Origin: a virus
Taxonomy: Duplodnaviria > Caudoviricetes
Length of the DNA stretch: 41,836 bases
Direction: 5' to 3' (one strand)
Virus record (IMG/VR): IMGVR_UViG_3300024249_000004
Coordinates: 1 to 41,836 of that record
Part shown: piece by piece, positions 16,355-26,057 of the stretch
Layout: every line of letters begins with the position of its first letter
How positions within the stretch are numbered: position 1 is the stretch's first letter
The notes under the pieces: generated by a model
Told to the model about the DNA's origin: nothing
The model's database searches: none
What the model saw: only the letters and a program-made list of their open reading frames with translations
Made by a program: the position numbers and the translations under genes

Positions 16355-17735
16355 CCTGCCGCGAGCGCAGATAGGCCTCGAAGGCCTCCTGCGCCCGCAT
16401 CTTGAAATGCACGCGGTTGATCTTGACGGTGTCGATCGTATCGAGCGCCCGGCACACCCGCACCACCACCGGCTCGGTCTGCCCGGAGCGATGCAACCGC
16501 GCGATCGTCTGTTCCCAATACTCGGGCGACCAAGTCGGCCCGATCCACGCCATGTCGCTGCCGCCGGGCTGGAGGTTCAAACCATGGCCGCCGCTCGCCG
16601 GGTGCACGGCCAGGAACGGCAGCCGGCGCCCGTTCCAGTCCTCGATCGCCTGCCGCGAGGCCTTGTCGGTGACGCCGTCGCCCAGATAGGGAACATCCTC
16701 GCCGAGCAACTCTCGTATCATCTTCAGGTCCTGGATAAATTCATAGATCAGGATCGTCGGCCGGCCGCCGGCATCGGTGATGATATCCGACAGCCAGTCG
16801 CGCTTGCCATCGTGCAAACGCAGCGCCTCGGGGGCGGCATCGTAGACAAAGCCGTTTGCCATCTGCGCCAGCTTGCCGACCGCAACCGCGGCATTCGCCG
16901 CCGTAATGATCCGGTCGGCGCCGAGTTGGATGCCAAGCTTGGTTTCCATCTCGTTATAGAGTTCGCGGGCACGGGGAGGCAGCGTCACGTTGTCGAAGAT
17001 GATATTCAGCGCCGGGAAGTACGGCATCTCGCCCTCGGCAAGCGTCACCGTCAGCGGCGCGATGTCGGCATTGAGCTTATCCAGCGAATGCTCAAACGGC
17101 GCCCAGGAGCGGCCGTTGTAATCGGTCGGATAGAAGTACTGCTTCTGCCACGCATAGAAGGACTTGCCCCAAAGCTTCGAGCGCGTGATCACCTTCGCCG
17201 GCATGAACATGTCCTCGGCAGAGGATGGCCGCAGCGTCCCCGTCAGGCCCCAGATCAGCTTCCAGCGTTGTGATTGCCGGCACAACGCCTGGACGCGCTT
17301 GCCGGTCGGATTGCGCAGCCGGGATATCTCGTCGAACACCAAGAGGTCGAACAGCGGATGATCGTCCGGCATGCCGGCAAGCTGCTCCAGCAGCCACTGT
17401 ATCAGGTCAATACCGATAATCGTGAGGTCGCGCTCGGGCGCGCCCTTAAGCAGCTTAAGCCGCTTGGCGGCGCCGCCGTCGAGCACGGCGTAGCGCAAAC
17501 CGGAAAGATGCGCCCATTCCGCGATCTCTTCCGGCCACACATGCGTCGCCACCCGCTTCGGCGCGATCACCAGCGCATGGCGGGCAACACCGTCGCGTAA
17601 TAGTTCGAAAATAGCCGTCAGCGCCGCCGCAGTCTTGCCGCTGCCGGGACGCGCGACGCAGAGCGCCTCGTCACGACAGTACAGATGCGTCGCAATGCGC
17701 TGCTGATAGGGCCTCAAGTCCTTGGACTGTCTCAT
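16275..17735 (-). CDS. SNF2-family (SF2) helicase
   Basis: LRPYQ, PGSGKT, DEIS, GLTGT, HPASGGHGLNLQ, QTIARLHRSGQ. Start reassigned to MRQSKDLRPYQ. Confidence 0.92.
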   Translation of the reverse strand: MRQSKDLRPYQQRIATHLYCRDEALCVARPGSGKTAAALTAIFELLRDGVARHALVIAPKRVATHVWPEEIAEWAHLSGLRYAVLDGGAAKRLKLLKGAPERDLTIIGIDLIQWLLEQLAGMPDDHPLFDLLVFDEISRLRNPTGKRVQALCRQSQRWKLIWGLTGTLRPSSAEDMFMPAKVITRSKLWGKSFYAWQKQYFYPTDYNGRSWAPFEHSLDKLNADIAPLTVTLAEGEMPYFPALNIIFDNVTLPPRARELYNEMETKLGIQLGADRIITAANAAVAVGKLAQMANGFVYDAAPEALRLHDGKRDWLSDIITDAGGRPTILIYEFIQDLKMIRELLGEDVPYLGDGVTDKASRQAIEDWNGRRLPFLAVHPASGGHGLNLQPGGSDMAWIGPTWSPEYWEQTIARLHRSGQTEPVVVRVCRALDTIDTVKINRVHFKMRAQEAFEAYLRSRQVTDPAPAASAATAAGASSTACPAPSG

Positions 17736-19881
17736 AGGCAGATTTGTCCTTCGTGTAATATGCGGCGACCGTTTCTTCGCTGGCCAGCGGCAGGCCGTGC
17801 GACCAGGGAAATCCGCCGCACATAAACTTGCGTAATTCGTTGCGTATCCAGAGCGCGTCGCCCTCGGGCGCCTCGAGGAGTATCTCGTCATGGGTATGCA
17901 AACGCACGTCATAGCCGGCCTTGACCAGCCGCACGAGCGTGCCGCGCAGGAAGTCCGCGGCAGTCGCCTGCACGATGTTCTCAACGAACATCCCGCGCCA
18001 TAATTTGATACGGCCATACCCGCGCGCGCAGCGCAGATGCGTCGAATAGCCGACGACGCGATCCTCGTCGTCGAGGTCGGGAACGTTCTCGTACTTAATC
18101 TGGCGATAGGTCAGCACCCGCCCGGACGGCAGCGTGCAAATCAGTGAGCCGCCGAAGTAACGCGGCAGGTAACAATAGGTCACGCGACCGGCCGAGCACT
18201 CCGTGCCGGGATTGCGCATCGCCGCAATCACCGCGCTGTAAACCTCGTCCCAGAACGCGACGCACCACTGATTGTTCTCACGCCAGCGCGCCACGATTGG
18301 GGCCGCCTCCTCGATCGACAGATGCATGTTGTAGGCCGTCGCCATGCTGCGCAGCGCATTGGCGCCGCCACCGAACCCGAGCGCCAGCTCGGCGACCTTG
18401 CCGCGCTGCCGGATCGGCGGCGTCACCTCTGAAATATTAATACCAGACAAGGCCGCGGCGGCGCGGGTGTACAAGTCCGGCTTACTCGGGTCGGCATCGA
18501 CCTCGCGGAAGACATCCAGCCGCGTCTCGTCTCCGGCCAGCCAAGGCAATATGCGCGCCTCAATCTGCGACCAATCCGACCAGACAAAAAGATTGCCCGT
18601 CGCCGGGATAAAGGCCGGCCGGATCAGCAAGGAAAGCTTGCGCGACACCGGGGCGCCGTCGCCGAGGGCGGCCATCGTCGAATAGTCCGCCCCCACCAGC
18701 AGCGCCTCGATCGCCTGATGCTCGTACGGCAGCGTGTCGCGGGCCAGATTATGCACCTGCGCGCCACGACTAGAGGCGCGGCCAGTCTGGCCGGCGCCGC
18801 CGAACACGTACTGACCGAACAACACATCGTCGATCACCTGCTGCTCGATGCGGAGGAATTTTTGTGGTGTTTTCGAGCCGCCATAGAGCCTGATCTCCAG
18901 CAGCCGCAGCGCATCTCTCAATGCCGGCGCGGGCGCGGGCTCGCGCTCCAGGGCGGCCGTCACATCCACGATTAGCTGCCTGACTTGCTTGCGGGTCAGG
19001 TGATGCTTGGCCGGACGCGTCACGTTGCCGTCGTCGTCGACCTCTTCCGGCCACTTGATCAGCGTATCGCTGACGATATCCGCCGGCAGCACGCGCAGCA
19101 GCCACTGCACCATGTTGGCGACCTCGTCGACCGAGGCGACGGCGGCGGACGTGATCTTGTAAAGCTCCTCCGCGCTGCGCGCCCGATCCTCACGGGCCAG
19201 GGCCGCCGCCTGCCGCACCATCCTAAGGTCGACCCTGGCGCCGCGCTCGTTGATGTGCTCCATCGCGAAATACTCTTCCCATTCCCGCGCCGGCAATTGC
19301 AGCGTGCGGCGGAAGAGGTCGCGCAGCGCCGCAACATCGGCGCAGGCGTAATCGAGGAAGTGCTGCCACTCCTCTTGGTGCCGGCAGGGATCGCCATCAG
19401 AGCCAGGGAGGCAGAACAACTTGATCAGGTCACGGCCGCTGGTCAGCTTGACGGCGCCGTGCGCGAGGCGAGAGGCCTGAGCAAGGTCAGGAGGCAGCCC
19501 CGCCGCGGTCGCCTGCGCCATCACATCGATAATGTGCGCGGGCCGCATCTCGGGAAAATCTAGCGTGCTGTAGTTCCAGATCGCGCGGTCAAAGCCGGCA
19601 TTCCAGGCCGCCCATATCGCCTCGCCGGCCATCACGCGGTCATGGTGCCGTTTCACGGCGTCGGGCGCGCCTGCCCAGGATAAGGGCCCGCTCTTGAAGT
19701 CATATACCGCGACCGCCTCGGCCTCGGCATCCGGGCCACCAATGGCATAAGAGAGCACGATCGCCTCGGCCTCGGTGGCGTAGCGATAGGCGCCCACTTG
19801 ACGCAGGTCCAGCGTGGACGAGCGCGTCTCGAAGTCCAGATAGCCTACCGCGTCAACCTCAAAGGCCGGCTGATAAGCCAT
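17671..19881 (-). CDS. DNA polymerase family A with 3'-5' exonuclease
   Basis: DFETRS exo I, WNAGFDR, TGRASS, motif A SDWSQIEAR, motif B RQRGKVAELALGFG, ENIVQA, motif C HTHDE. Confidence 0.95.
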   Translation of the reverse strand: MAYQPAFEVDAVGYLDFETRSSTLDLRQVGAYRYATEAEAIVLSYAIGGPDAEAEAVAVYDFKSGPLSWAGAPDAVKRHHDRVMAGEAIWAAWNAGFDRAIWNYSTLDFPEMRPAHIIDVMAQATAAGLPPDLAQASRLAHGAVKLTSGRDLIKLFCLPGSDGDPCRHQEEWQHFLDYACADVAALRDLFRRTLQLPAREWEEYFAMEHINERGARVDLRMVRQAAALAREDRARSAEELYKITSAAVASVDEVANMVQWLLRVLPADIVSDTLIKWPEEVDDDGNVTRPAKHHLTRKQVRQLIVDVTAALEREPAPAPALRDALRLLEIRLYGGSKTPQKFLRIEQQVIDDVLFGQYVFGGAGQTGRASSRGAQVHNLARDTLPYEHQAIEALLVGADYSTMAALGDGAPVSRKLSLLIRPAFIPATGNLFVWSDWSQIEARILPWLAGDETRLDVFREVDADPSKPDLYTRAAAALSGINISEVTPPIRQRGKVAELALGFGGGANALRSMATAYNMHLSIEEAAPIVARWRENNQWCVAFWDEVYSAVIAAMRNPGTECSAGRVTYCYLPRYFGGSLICTLPSGRVLTYRQIKYENVPDLDDEDRVVGYSTHLRCARGYGRIKLWRGMFVENIVQATAADFLRGTLVRLVKAGYDVRLHTHDEILLEAPEGDALWIRNELRKFMCGGFPWSHGLPLASEETVAAYYTKDKSAYETVQGLEALSAAHCDASVLS

Positions 19882-19911
19882 CTGGACCGCCCCCTCTTTT
19901 TCTATTCGGTC

Positions 19912-20739
19912 TTACCGCGTCACCGGCCGGCGGCGCTGGCCGGTGTGCAGCGGCACGGCGGCGGCCGCCGCAACCGCCGCCTTGGCGGCAATTTCCTGCA
20001 TCGCCTTCGCGGCAATCTCCTCCACCGGCTTAGCCGCGGCCGGCGCAGCCGGCTGCGCGATCTCGGCCCGGCGGCGCCGCACGACAGCGGCAACCTCGGC
20101 AGCCGGCGTAGCCGGCTGCGCGGCCGGCGGCGCGGCGATCTCGGGGGCGCCCTCCAGTCGGCCGTGCATGTCGGCCCAGGCCACAACAACCAGTATCGGC
20201 TCGACCACCTGTCCCCACTTGGAGTGGGGGTAACTGTCACTGCGCAACTCAAGTACCGGGCAGGGGTGGTGCGGATCGCGCGCAAGCTGCTTATAAATCT
20301 CGTCCATCAGCTTCAGAGAAGCTTTGATGCCGCCGTAGCTCGATGCCTTGTACATCACTTCGGTGCCGGCATCCTCGCCGTCGAGGCACTTCAACTCCAT
20401 GTTCCTTTGCTCTTTAAATTCGGTGCCGTCGATCGGCGCCGGCTTGGGCGGGCGCGGCACGTTCACCGGCGTCATGACCTCGCCGGCGAGTTTATTCTTG
20501 GAGCCGTCGTCAACCCAACAGGTCCAGCCGTGCTCGAGCGACATCACGTTGACAATCCAGCGCGAGCCCTCCTGCACCTCGATGTTTTCCTGGCCGAACA
20601 CCCATTCCTTTGACTTCATCAGCCGCAGCAGCGGCTTGCCGCTGTAGCCGGTGGTCGAGCCGGCGCGCGAGTCGGCAATGCCGTTCATCAGCGACTTGAC
20701 GAAATCGCTCGGCAGTACGTCTGGTAAGTTGGTGGTCAT
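19912..20739 (-). CDS. Putative ssDNA-binding / replication accessory protein
   Basis: Located between the DUF2800-like nuclease and the polymerase, as SSB-like genes are in such modules. Beta-rich core with an Ala/Pro tail. Function from synteny only. Confidence 0.6.
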   Translation of the reverse strand: MTTNLPDVLPSDFVKSLMNGIADSRAGSTTGYSGKPLLRLMKSKEWVFGQENIEVQEGSRWIVNVMSLEHGWTCWVDDGSKNKLAGEVMTPVNVPRPPKPAPIDGTEFKEQRNMELKCLDGEDAGTEVMYKASSYGGIKASLKLMDEIYKQLARDPHHPCPVLELRSDSYPHSKWGQVVEPILVVVAWADMHGRLEGAPEIAAPPAAQPATPAAEVAAVVRRRRAEIAQPAAPAAAKPVEEIAAKAMQEIAAKAAVAAAAAVPLHTGQRRRPVTR

Positions 20740-22034
20740 TTCAGTGTCTCCGGTTTGTTAGTTGTGATCAGCCTGTTCAGCGCCGCGCTGAACTGCTCGG
20801 CCGACACCTGCGGCGTAACCGCCGGCGCCGGATCGTCCTCGCGCGCGACCGTCGTCTCGGTCGACGGCGGCACCACGCGCAATTCGTCTGGAATTTTCGT
20901 GCCGAGCTTGCGAGCGATCGCCTCGGCGCTGGCGAAGGTAAGCAGTTTCTTCTGCCAGATTTCATCAATTTTGTAGCCGAGATTATACAGCGTCTTGGCC
21001 ACGACACTGTCGTCGATCCACTGCCGTTGCTTTACTTTCGGCTTAAGCCGCCAGCCGGGAACGACGCCGCCGGCCGTGAGATAGGCGTGTAGCTGCGCGT
21101 CGATCTCCGCTTTGTATAGATACGCCTGATCCGCGAGCGTCTTGGCAGCCGATAGGAACACACCATAATCAGTGGGCTCATCGGCCGGCGCCAGAACATC
21201 GCGCTGCTCGGGAATACGCGGGCCGAGCGCCGTAAAATCGAGCAGCGGCCCGGTCCACAGCGGGCAGCTAACCTTGCAGGGCGCGAAGCGGCAGTGCTCG
21301 CCGCGCGAGCGCGGCGCATCCGGCCGCAGCGCCAGCTTAACCGCGGCTTCCACGTCCTCCTGGAATTGCTTCAGCTCGTCACGGTCGACCGTGACATCTG
21401 TCAGCGGCTCGGCGCCGGCCGGCTGGACGATCGCCAGCACCAGCTCGCGGCTCTTGGCGTAGTATTTCGGGAAAGTAGAAAACGCCGCCGCGGCGTAGAA
21501 CAGCAATTGCGAATTGACCAGTTCACCGGCTTCGTCCTTCGTTACCGCCCGCACGCCGATGCCGGCACCGAATTTCCAGTCGACGTGCAAAACCTTATTT
21601 GAATTTTGTAAGATCACATCGACGGTGCCGTAGCCGCCAGCGACACCAGGGAATGTTACTTTCTGCTCGACGCCAACGACACGATAATCTTCGACCGGGA
21701 ACGGGGCGCTATGCCTTTGCTCCAGCCGCTCCAGCGCGGTCAGCGCCGGAATAATCCGGGTGTCGCAATCATCTTGGGATAATTCACGGTCATGGAAACG
21801 CTTGCCAACCAGCGCGTGGGCAAACCGCCGCAAGTCGCCGTGGGTCATATGCGGCTTGGCCTTGGCGCGCCGCATGATCAGCGCCATTACTTCATGCAGG
21901 GCAGTGCCCTGCTCGGCATATTCGGAGGTGATTTCGGCGGCGGGCGGCAGCGCCGCGATGGCTTTATGCGAGCCGGGGCAATTAAGCAGGCGGCCAGCCG
22001 TTGAGCCGCCGATCAATGTGCTGTGGACAGACAC
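20736..22034 (-). CDS. DUF2800 / Cas4-like PD-(D/E)XK exonuclease
   Basis: HS..GGSTAGRLLNCPGS, AEQGTALHE, GTVDV...VDWKFGAG, QLLFYA, GEHCRFAPCKVSCP. GTG start with RBS. Confidence 0.85.
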   Translation of the reverse strand: MSVHSTLIGGSTAGRLLNCPGSHKAIAALPPAAEITSEYAEQGTALHEVMALIMRRAKAKPHMTHGDLRRFAHALVGKRFHDRELSQDDCDTRIIPALTALERLEQRHSAPFPVEDYRVVGVEQKVTFPGVAGGYGTVDVILQNSNKVLHVDWKFGAGIGVRAVTKDEAGELVNSQLLFYAAAAFSTFPKYYAKSRELVLAIVQPAGAEPLTDVTVDRDELKQFQEDVEAAVKLALRPDAPRSRGEHCRFAPCKVSCPLWTGPLLDFTALGPRIPEQRDVLAPADEPTDYGVFLSAAKTLADQAYLYKAEIDAQLHAYLTAGGVVPGWRLKPKVKQRQWIDDSVVAKTLYNLGYKIDEIWQKKLLTFASAEAIARKLGTKIPDELRVVPPSTETTVAREDDPAPAVTPQVSAEQFSAALNRLITTNKPETLK

Positions 22035-22105
22035 TCTTTCCTTGCTCCTCTTCCCTGTACATCTTCAACTTCACTTATCTGCCGACAGGCTACACGGGGC
22101 GTTTC

Positions 22106-22408
22106 ATGCCAGTCAAGCGCAATCCACGCGAATGCACGATCGAGGAAGAACTCGTGCGCAGGGTCGCGGCAGAAGGCGGCATCGCGCTGAAAGTCGTCAC
22201 GCCGGGGCGGCGTGGTTTCGTCGATCGTCTGGTGCTGATGCCGGGCGGCAAAGCGATCATGGCCGAGTGCAAGCGCCCGCGCGGCGGCCGGCTGTCGCTG
22301 CACCAGATCGTGTATCACCGGCGGATCGAGGCGCTAGGGGTGGTACTGGCGCTGATAAAAAATTCAGAAGATATTGACGCCCTGCTCGGCCGGAAATCCG
22401 GCGAGTAA
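22106..22408 (+). CDS. VRR-NUC domain nuclease
   Basis: E..IE..L, PGRRGFVDRLVLMPGG, AECKRPRGGRLSLHQ. Confidence 0.88.
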   Translation: MPVKRNPRECTIEEELVRRVAAEGGIALKVVTPGRRGFVDRLVLMPGGKAIMAECKRPRGGRLSLHQIVYHRRIEALGVVLALIKNSEDIDALLGRKSGE

Positions 22409-22446
22409 AGAGGGGTCGCAGCGGGGCTGAAGGCCGCTGCAACCCC
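22406..22446 (-). terminator. Hairpin that folds best on the minus strand, followed by TCTTT
   Basis: Minus strand GGGGTTGCAGCGG-9 nt-CCGCTGCGACCCC-TCTTTA. The C/A mismatch on + is a G.U pair on -. Confidence 0.5.
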
Positions 22447-22482
22447 GATCTGAACCCTTTACACCCAAGGAGATCAGACCAA

Positions 22483-25077
22483 ATGTCTGACAGCCTGAAA
22501 CCTAAGGCTATCCACGCGCGCCGGCAAGTCTGGCTGAACATCAAAGCCAACGGCTACGATGTCATCCCGTTAAAGAGCGGCAAGGACAGTCCGTTCCGAA
22601 ACTGGCCAAATATCCCAAACGACCCGGCGGACATCGCGACCTGGAACGGTCGCGCCGCCGCCATCCGTACCTACGGCACCGAACTATTCATCATCGATAA
22701 CGACACCACGGCGGGCGCCGCGCGGGCGGCAGTGATGGCAGTGATCGGGGAGAAGTATCCGGCCTTCCTCGACCAGTGCCTTCACCGTCACTCCGGCGCG
22801 GTCAAGATCGCACTGATCGGCCGCACCACCCGCACCGCACACCGTTTGCTGCGCACCCGCAGTTGGTATCCAACTTTGGCAGATGTGCCGGCCGAGGGCG
22901 ACGACGAGGAAACGCTCGCGCGCAAGAAGTCCCTCAAGAACATGACCGAGTTCTTCACCGGCAATCTGCGCAAATACCTCGGCGTGTGGGGCATGCACAG
23001 CCCGGGCCGGGAGTACGGCTACGATGGCGAACGCACCATCCTCAACACCCGGCTCGACGCCCTGCCGATCTTCCCCGCCGAGGACATCGAGGCGCTGCGC
23101 GACGCCCTGGACGAGGCCTACGAGCACCTCGGCTTCTTCCCGGCCTCGCTGGTGCGCCCCGACAGTATCAAAGAGCGCGTGCTCTACGATCTGGAGCCGG
23201 AGCAGGTGTTCGAGCTATCGGACGGCGTCACCAAACTGACGCTGGCGCAACTGGACGAGGAACTGCGCAAGGGTCGCAATATCCGGGAAGAAGGCTACGC
23301 CCGGATATGGGATAAGACCTCGGGCTCGCCCGATCGCGTTAAAGTCAACCTCAGTCGAGAGGGGCTGTCGCTCTGGGACACCCGCACCGAGGTCCGGCAC
23401 CGGTTTCGGGACGAGGTGCTGCGCCGGGGCGGATTCGATGAGGCCAAGATAGCGGCGCGGCTGACCGAACTCGGAGTGATGCCGCCGCCGGAAACAGGAC
23501 AACAAGTCCCGCCGGCTTCCTGTCCTCCGGATCAAAACGAGGACAAAAACGCCCAAAATGGGCGGGACGACCAAAGCAGGAACGAGGAACCCGAGCCTGC
23601 GGCTACGCCGCAGGCGGAACCGGACGGAGCGACCGGGGCGCCGCCTCGACCGACGCGCGACGCCCCGATCGGCAGGATGGTGCAGTGGCTGATCGCGACG
23701 CACGCCTACTGCGCGCCGACCGGGACGGTGGTCGAGCTATACGAGCCGAGCGACGCCTGCCACATCACCATGGAAGCCTTCAGGCAGGCGTACATGGACT
23801 GGAGCGCGCTCGATCGCTCGCCCGAGCGCGCCCCCAAGCTGCAATACGCGACCAAGATGTGGAGCCACCAGCCCGAGCGGCACCGGATCAGGGGGGTGCG
23901 GATGCACCCGGGCGCGGCATTTCCGCTGTTCTGCGAGGAAGGGCACACCTACAAAAACACCTATCGGCCGCCGCGGCACAGCGGCGACGGCAACTTGGAA
24001 ATGTGGTGGGCGTTCATCACCCACCTGATCCCCGACCCGATCGAGCGGGAATGGTTTCTCGATTGGCTGGCACACAAATTCCAGCACCCGGAAATTCCAA
24101 GCGTCGCCGTGATCATGGTCGCGGTCGATGAGGAGGGCCGGCCGGTCTACGGCGCCGGCCGCGGCATGCTGAAAGACATCCTCTCGCGGCTGTTCGGCTG
24201 GTCCTATGTCAGGCCGATAGACTTCGATGTGTTTAACGGACGATCGGCGCAGGGCGTCTATACCGACTGGGCCGCCTACGCATTGATCGTGTTCGTCTCG
24301 GAGAGCCGCGACAATGCCGAGGCGGGACGGTGGACCGAGCGGCGAGCGGTCTACGAGCGCATCAAGGAGGTGGTCGACCCGAGGCCGGTGCTGCGCACGT
24401 TTACCAGTAAAGGCCGGCCGGCATTCCAGGGCGTGGCCTACGCCTCATATCTGATTGCCTCGAACAACGGCGACGCGCTCCAGATACCGGCCGGCGATCG
24501 CCGGATATCCGCGCTGCGCAACGGGCCATCGATGACGGAGAGCATGGCGCAGGCACTGGATGCCTGGATGAACGTGCCGGGGAATATCGCCGCCCTGGCG
24601 CGCATGCTGGCCGGGCGTGATCTCTCGAAATTCGATGCCTACTCGCCGCTGCACACTGCCACCAAGGCGACCATGCAGGAGCTTGCGCTCAGCGAGATGG
24701 ACGAGTGGTTCATCGAAGTCCGCAAGCGGCTCGGACCCGACGCGCTGTTTACCAGCGAGCATCTGTTACAGGCCGCCAAGCGCGACATCGGCCCGGAAAC
24801 CGGCGTCGTCGGCTTTCAGATCACCATCAAGCGCCGGCTGCGCGCCGAGGCCATGCAGGTGCCCTCGCACTTCGCAAACCTGCGCACCCCCCGCAGCACG
24901 GTCGAGCGCGAGCACAAAATTCTGTGCTGGCGCGGATACCAGGGGCCGGTGGTCGGTAACAGCGTCGCGGCGCGGGAACTCGTGAACCTGAGCCGTGCAA
25001 TTTTGCTGGAGGATAAGGAGGCCGGCGACACCGCCGCGCTGGTGGCGCGGCTGGGTATCCACAACGTGGACAAGTAA
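22483..25077 (+). CDS. Primase-polymerase-like N-terminal domain fused to a DUF5906-like P-loop domain (primase/helicase)
   Basis: NGYDVIPL, IIDND, GMHSPGREY at the N-terminus. FLDWLAHKFQHP, GAGRG (degenerate Walker A), ASNN..AL....DRR at the C-terminus. Confidence 0.8.
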   Translation: MSDSLKPKAIHARRQVWLNIKANGYDVIPLKSGKDSPFRNWPNIPNDPADIATWNGRAAAIRTYGTELFIIDNDTTAGAARAAVMAVIGEKYPAFLDQCLHRHSGAVKIALIGRTTRTAHRLLRTRSWYPTLADVPAEGDDEETLARKKSLKNMTEFFTGNLRKYLGVWGMHSPGREYGYDGERTILNTRLDALPIFPAEDIEALRDALDEAYEHLGFFPASLVRPDSIKERVLYDLEPEQVFELSDGVTKLTLAQLDEELRKGRNIREEGYARIWDKTSGSPDRVKVNLSREGLSLWDTRTEVRHRFRDEVLRRGGFDEAKIAARLTELGVMPPPETGQQVPPASCPPDQNEDKNAQNGRDDQSRNEEPEPAATPQAEPDGATGAPPRPTRDAPIGRMVQWLIATHAYCAPTGTVVELYEPSDACHITMEAFRQAYMDWSALDRSPERAPKLQYATKMWSHQPERHRIRGVRMHPGAAFPLFCEEGHTYKNTYRPPRHSGDGNLEMWWAFITHLIPDPIEREWFLDWLAHKFQHPEIPSVAVIMVAVDEEGRPVYGAGRGMLKDILSRLFGWSYVRPIDFDVFNGRSAQGVYTDWAAYALIVFVSESRDNAEAGRWTERRAVYERIKEVVDPRPVLRTFTSKGRPAFQGVAYASYLIASNNGDALQIPAGDRRISALRNGPSMTESMAQALDAWMNVPGNIAALARMLAGRDLSKFDAYSPLHTATKATMQELALSEMDEWFIEVRKRLGPDALFTSEHLLQAAKRDIGPETGVVGFQITIKRRLRAEAMQVPSHFANLRTPRSTVEREHKILCWRGYQGPVVGNSVAARELVNLSRAILLEDKEAGDTAALVARLGIHNVDK

Positions 25078-25129
25078 AATGCGTACGGAGGCCTTGGGCG
25101 GGGCAGAGGCGATACGCGGCGGCGGTACA

Positions 25130-25240
25130 GCGGAAAACCTATGGCGGATCAATGGGTTAGCTTTTGCTGCGTATAGCGTACTGACTTTATATAATAGAGG
25201 GTATTCTCTTATATAGGTATGAGAACACCTATGGCGCGCC
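25130..25240. other. AT-rich non-coding segment with an inverted repeat; candidate replication origin or promoter
   Basis: TATATAATAGAG-GGTATT-CTCTTATATA (25188-25215), flanked by two ACCTATGGCG copies, just downstream of the primase-helicase. Confidence 0.45.
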
Positions 25241-25359
25241 ATGGCCGGCGCCGCCGCCGGCGCCGCCGCCGCGGCCGGCGAACTGAAACTGACGGTACGC
25301 CGGTCATTGTACGACGCCAGCCGCGCGCTGGCGGCATAGCTTAACCAGAGGAGGACGAC

Positions 25360-25635
25360 ATGCCTGAGAAAACGACGCCGCCGCCAAACTGGCTCAACCG
25401 AGGCGAGCTAGAGCAACTGGCCGAGCGGATACTCGTGGGGCTGGCCGGCGGCAGTGACGACGCTGATATCCCCGGCACGCCTGACAGCATGGCCGCCGTC
25501 GCGTTTTTGGATGCGGTGGCTTTTATGCGGGTGCGGGCTTTGGTGCGCGGGTGCGGCCACGAGGATTTGGAAGATATGCTTTATCGCCATTGCGCCGATG
25601 TACAGCCCCGGTATGTACGGCCCCGGTCGGTATGA
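25360..25635 (+). CDS. Hypothetical protein
   Basis: Strong RBS GAGGAGG, 91 aa. Confidence 0.7.
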   Translation: MPEKTTPPPNWLNRGELEQLAERILVGLAGGSDDADIPGTPDSMAAVAFLDAVAFMRVRALVRGCGHEDLEDMLYRHCADVQPRYVRPRSV

Positions 25636-26015
25636 AACATCACCTCGCCACGCTCGCCTGCACTGCAGCCGCCGTGGCGGCTGCCCTCGCCGCCGGCCTG
25701 CTGCTCGGGCCCTCGCCCGCGGAGCAGCCGGCTGCGCCGGCTGCGCCGCCGCCTACGGCGGCAGCCGAGGCCAAGGCCGATCGGCTGCCGCTCGTGCGAC
25801 GCTATCCCGAGGCACCGCGGCCAGCGCCGGCGCTGCCGCCGACGTTGCCCGTGGATGCGGTTTCGGTGCCGCCGGCCACTGAGGTAGCCGAACTGCTGAA
25901 TCCTGCTCCTGGACCGATCCTGGAGCCGGCGCCGGCTCGACACCAGCACACGATCTGTGACAGGTACGGCATGCATAAGGTCTGGTATGGCCGCCGCTGG
26001 CGTTGCCGGCGCTGA
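25632..26015 (+). CDS. Hypothetical signal-anchored Pro-rich protein
   Basis: ATGA overlap. Hydrophobic N-terminus, KADRLPL, and C-terminal ICDRYGMHKVWYGRRWRCRR. Confidence 0.7.
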   Translation: MKHHLATLACTAAAVAAALAAGLLLGPSPAEQPAAPAAPPPTAAAEAKADRLPLVRRYPEAPRPAPALPPTLPVDAVSVPPATEVAELLNPAPGPILEPAPARHQHTICDRYGMHKVWYGRRWRCRR

Positions 26016-26057
26016 AACGACAAATGCCGACAAGTGGCGACATCGGGAGGGTATTAT

